Positions 62,540 to 64,000 of a stretch of DNA of 64,000 bases are shown piece by piece. The notes beneath the pieces were generated by a model. It had not been told where the DNA came from and ran no database searches. It saw nothing but the letters and a program-made list of their open reading frames with translations. Every line of letters begins with the position of its first letter. The stretch's first letter is position 1. Origin of the DNA: a virus (lineage: Duplodnaviria > Caudoviricetes); IMG/VR virus record IMGVR_UViG_3300026541_000034, positions 3,257 through 67,256 of that record; one strand, written 5' to 3'. The position numbers and the translations under genes are program-made.

Positions 62540-62860
62540 ATGACCAAAATCGCAACGGACTCTCGCGGTCGCCCGGTCCAGGCGCTTCGCCTTGGGTCAA
62601 CTACTGTTACGGAGTTCAGCGATAGCTCCGCTCTGGCGACCGTGGCCAACAACAGCAATGACACGAGAATATTTCAGCTCGTCGCGACGGCACCTCTTCA
62701 TTTTGTAATAGCCCCTACACCGGTCGCGACAATAGGTGACGTGTACCTACCGGCAGAGGTCATCTTGTTCATTGAGATGGGGCCAAAGGACAATATCGCA
62801 TACATCAAAAATATTGCGGCTGACCTGGATGGCACTGCATATCTTACGGAGGGCTTGTGA
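62540..62860 (+). CDS. Small beta-rich, probably structural protein
   Basis: DSRGRPVQALR..GTAYLTE; typical of virion accessory proteins. Confidence 0.6.
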   Translation: MTKIATDSRGRPVQALRLGSTTVTEFSDSSALATVANNSNDTRIFQLVATAPLHFVIAPTPVATIGDVYLPAEVILFIEMGPKDNIAYIKNIAADLDGTAYLTEGL

Positions 62861-63399
62861 TGGCCGCTATACACACTCAGGGCGCTGCATCAGCGCTTGC
62901 ACTTCTTGATGCGGCTAGCGATCCTGAACGGACAAAAGATGCGATAGCTCGCATTGAGGAAAGGGAAGCCAGCGCCAGAGAGGCCGCAAAGACTGCGCGG
63001 GCGGAAATCACTGAACTGCAAACTATGCGCAAGGATCTGGACAGTCACGCAAAAGCGATGGAGGCGGCGCAGTCCAAATCAGAAGCGGATCTTGTCGCCA
63101 GGCAAGAGGCTATGGCCAAGTCGGAAGAGTCAATTAAGCGGCGAGACACAACGCTGAAAAATGATCGCGCCACTCTGCGAACGGAGCAAGCGACTCATAA
63201 GCAGACAAGTCGCATTGATATGGATCGACTTAAAAATCTGGAAATCTCTCTCAGTGGCAGAGAAAAGGGATTGAAAAAAGAGCAGACGAAACTAGAGGAG
63301 CAAGCGGCAAGTTTACAGGGCGCCATGGTTGCTGCGAACCTTGTCAAGGCTCAATACGAAGCCAAGGCGGCGAAATTAACAGCGGCGCTCGTGGACTAG
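62857..63399 (+). CDS. Coiled-coil protein
   Basis: Ala/Glu/Lys heptad-rich. Confidence 0.65.
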   Translation: MMAAIHTQGAASALALLDAASDPERTKDAIARIEEREASAREAAKTARAEITELQTMRKDLDSHAKAMEAAQSKSEADLVARQEAMAKSEESIKRRDTTLKNDRATLRTEQATHKQTSRIDMDRLKNLEISLSGREKGLKKEQTKLEEQAASLQGAMVAANLVKAQYEAKAAKLTAALVD

Positions 63400-63403
63400 T
63401 CCC

Positions 63404-64000
63404 ATGGTCATTAATGTCCAGCGCTCGGGCTCGACCAATCTCGCACGGGGCAATCCGTTCAACACCCTGTATATCAAGGGCAGCGAGGGTGTTGACGGCA
63501 GTATCCGGATCATATTCGTTGAAGGGGATTTGGTTGCTCATATAGAGGAGCGGGCAAACGGTGTATGGAACGACACGGGCTTTAGGTTCGACTCCTCATC
63601 TGTGTCGCTTGGCCGTGATTTTCTTCTGTCTGCGGTCGGCGGCTTCATGGAGACGCAAAACCCATCACAGATAGTAGACCATCTGAAGGCTCTTGTCCCT
63701 CATATAGAATTCAATAATTTTGGCACCTTGGGCGCCGCCCACATGCCGATTCTCGATGTAAGACAGACTTTCACCGTCTTTGCAGGGCCGTCCACGGGAG
63801 AGATCGTTGCCACGTCCATCGGGCAAATCTTCATGGTGGACCCGACGCGAATATTACATTCTTCGTCGCACATAATTGGCTCCGTAGGCGCGACCGAAGA
63901 GGTGGAGGTCAGCTACTATAAAGGCACTGACAACAGCGGACTTTTGCTCAATCGATTGGTGCTTCCTGCCAGCGCCATGGCGGCGAGTATGCCTTTGGAC
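63404..64000 (+). CDS. 3'-truncated, probably fibre/structural protein
   Basis: Open frame from ATG 63404 to the window end (MVINVQRSG...); not in the ORF track. Confidence 0.6.
   Translation, partial: MVINVQRSGSTNLARGNPFNTLYIKGSEGVDGSIRIIFVEGDLVAHIEERANGVWNDTGFRFDSSSVSLGRDFLLSAVGGFMETQNPSQIVDHLKALVPHIEFNNFGTLGAAHMPILDVRQTFTVFAGPSTGEIVATSIGQIFMVDPTRILHSSSHIIGSVGATEEVEVSYYKGTDNSGLLLNRLVLPASAMAASMPLD

Larger units (their letters stand above)
1..64000. mobile_element. Temperate podovirus-like phage genome (Alphaproteobacteria host), apparently unintegrated
   Basis: Terminase, portal, capsid, nozzle, ejection, lysis, integrase, CI, DnaB and initiator genes; no tail tape measure or sheath recognised; no host genes; attP arms intact on both sides. 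Confidence 0.93.

Noticed and set aside
63404-64000. Direct circular join of the window end to position 1
   Set aside because: Joining puts the two partial ORFs out of frame and there is no terminal overlap; any link needs missing sequence.
1-64000. Stop-codon reassignment or capsid frameshift
   Set aside because: Core genes are full length in the standard code and no slippery site is evident at the capsid 3' end.

Overview
The whole window is phage DNA with no host housekeeping genes: most of the genome of a temperate, podovirus-like phage of Alphaproteobacteria. The host is inferred from MucR/Ros, GapR-like, GcrA-like and Omp25/RopB-type genes. An intact attP-like site with arm repeats on both sides (46297-46545) next to a tyrosine integrase suggests an unintegrated genome. 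Layout: (i) a minus-strand early operon (615-4122) behind a near-consensus sigma70 promoter, with a conserved stem-loop from one of two repeat families at each of its gene junctions; (ii) terS and an HslV-like peptidase, about 18 kb from terL; (iii) a long plus-strand accessory tract (7.8-18 kb) with collagen-like paralogs, an adenine MTase plus DUF262-HNH module flanked by 13-bp direct repeats, and an orphan P22 gp4-like gene; (iv) a fibre cassette and glycosyltransferase, then terL, portal, scaffold, N4-gp56-type capsid, adaptor, nozzle, ejection proteins, tail fibre and lysis genes (19-40 kb); (v) a surface moron with an OMP beta-barrel and a collagen-containing trimeric autotransporter; (vi) integration, recombination, CI repressor, replication and NusG-like modules; (vii) a second OMP, mucR, a candidate ncRNA and a further structural-looking operon that runs off the window end. 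All family assignments come from motifs recognised by eye; no database searches were run. Strongest leads: the hairpin-punctuated early gene array, the GcrA/GapR/MucR regulator set, the repeat-flanked restriction-modification module and the surface morons.
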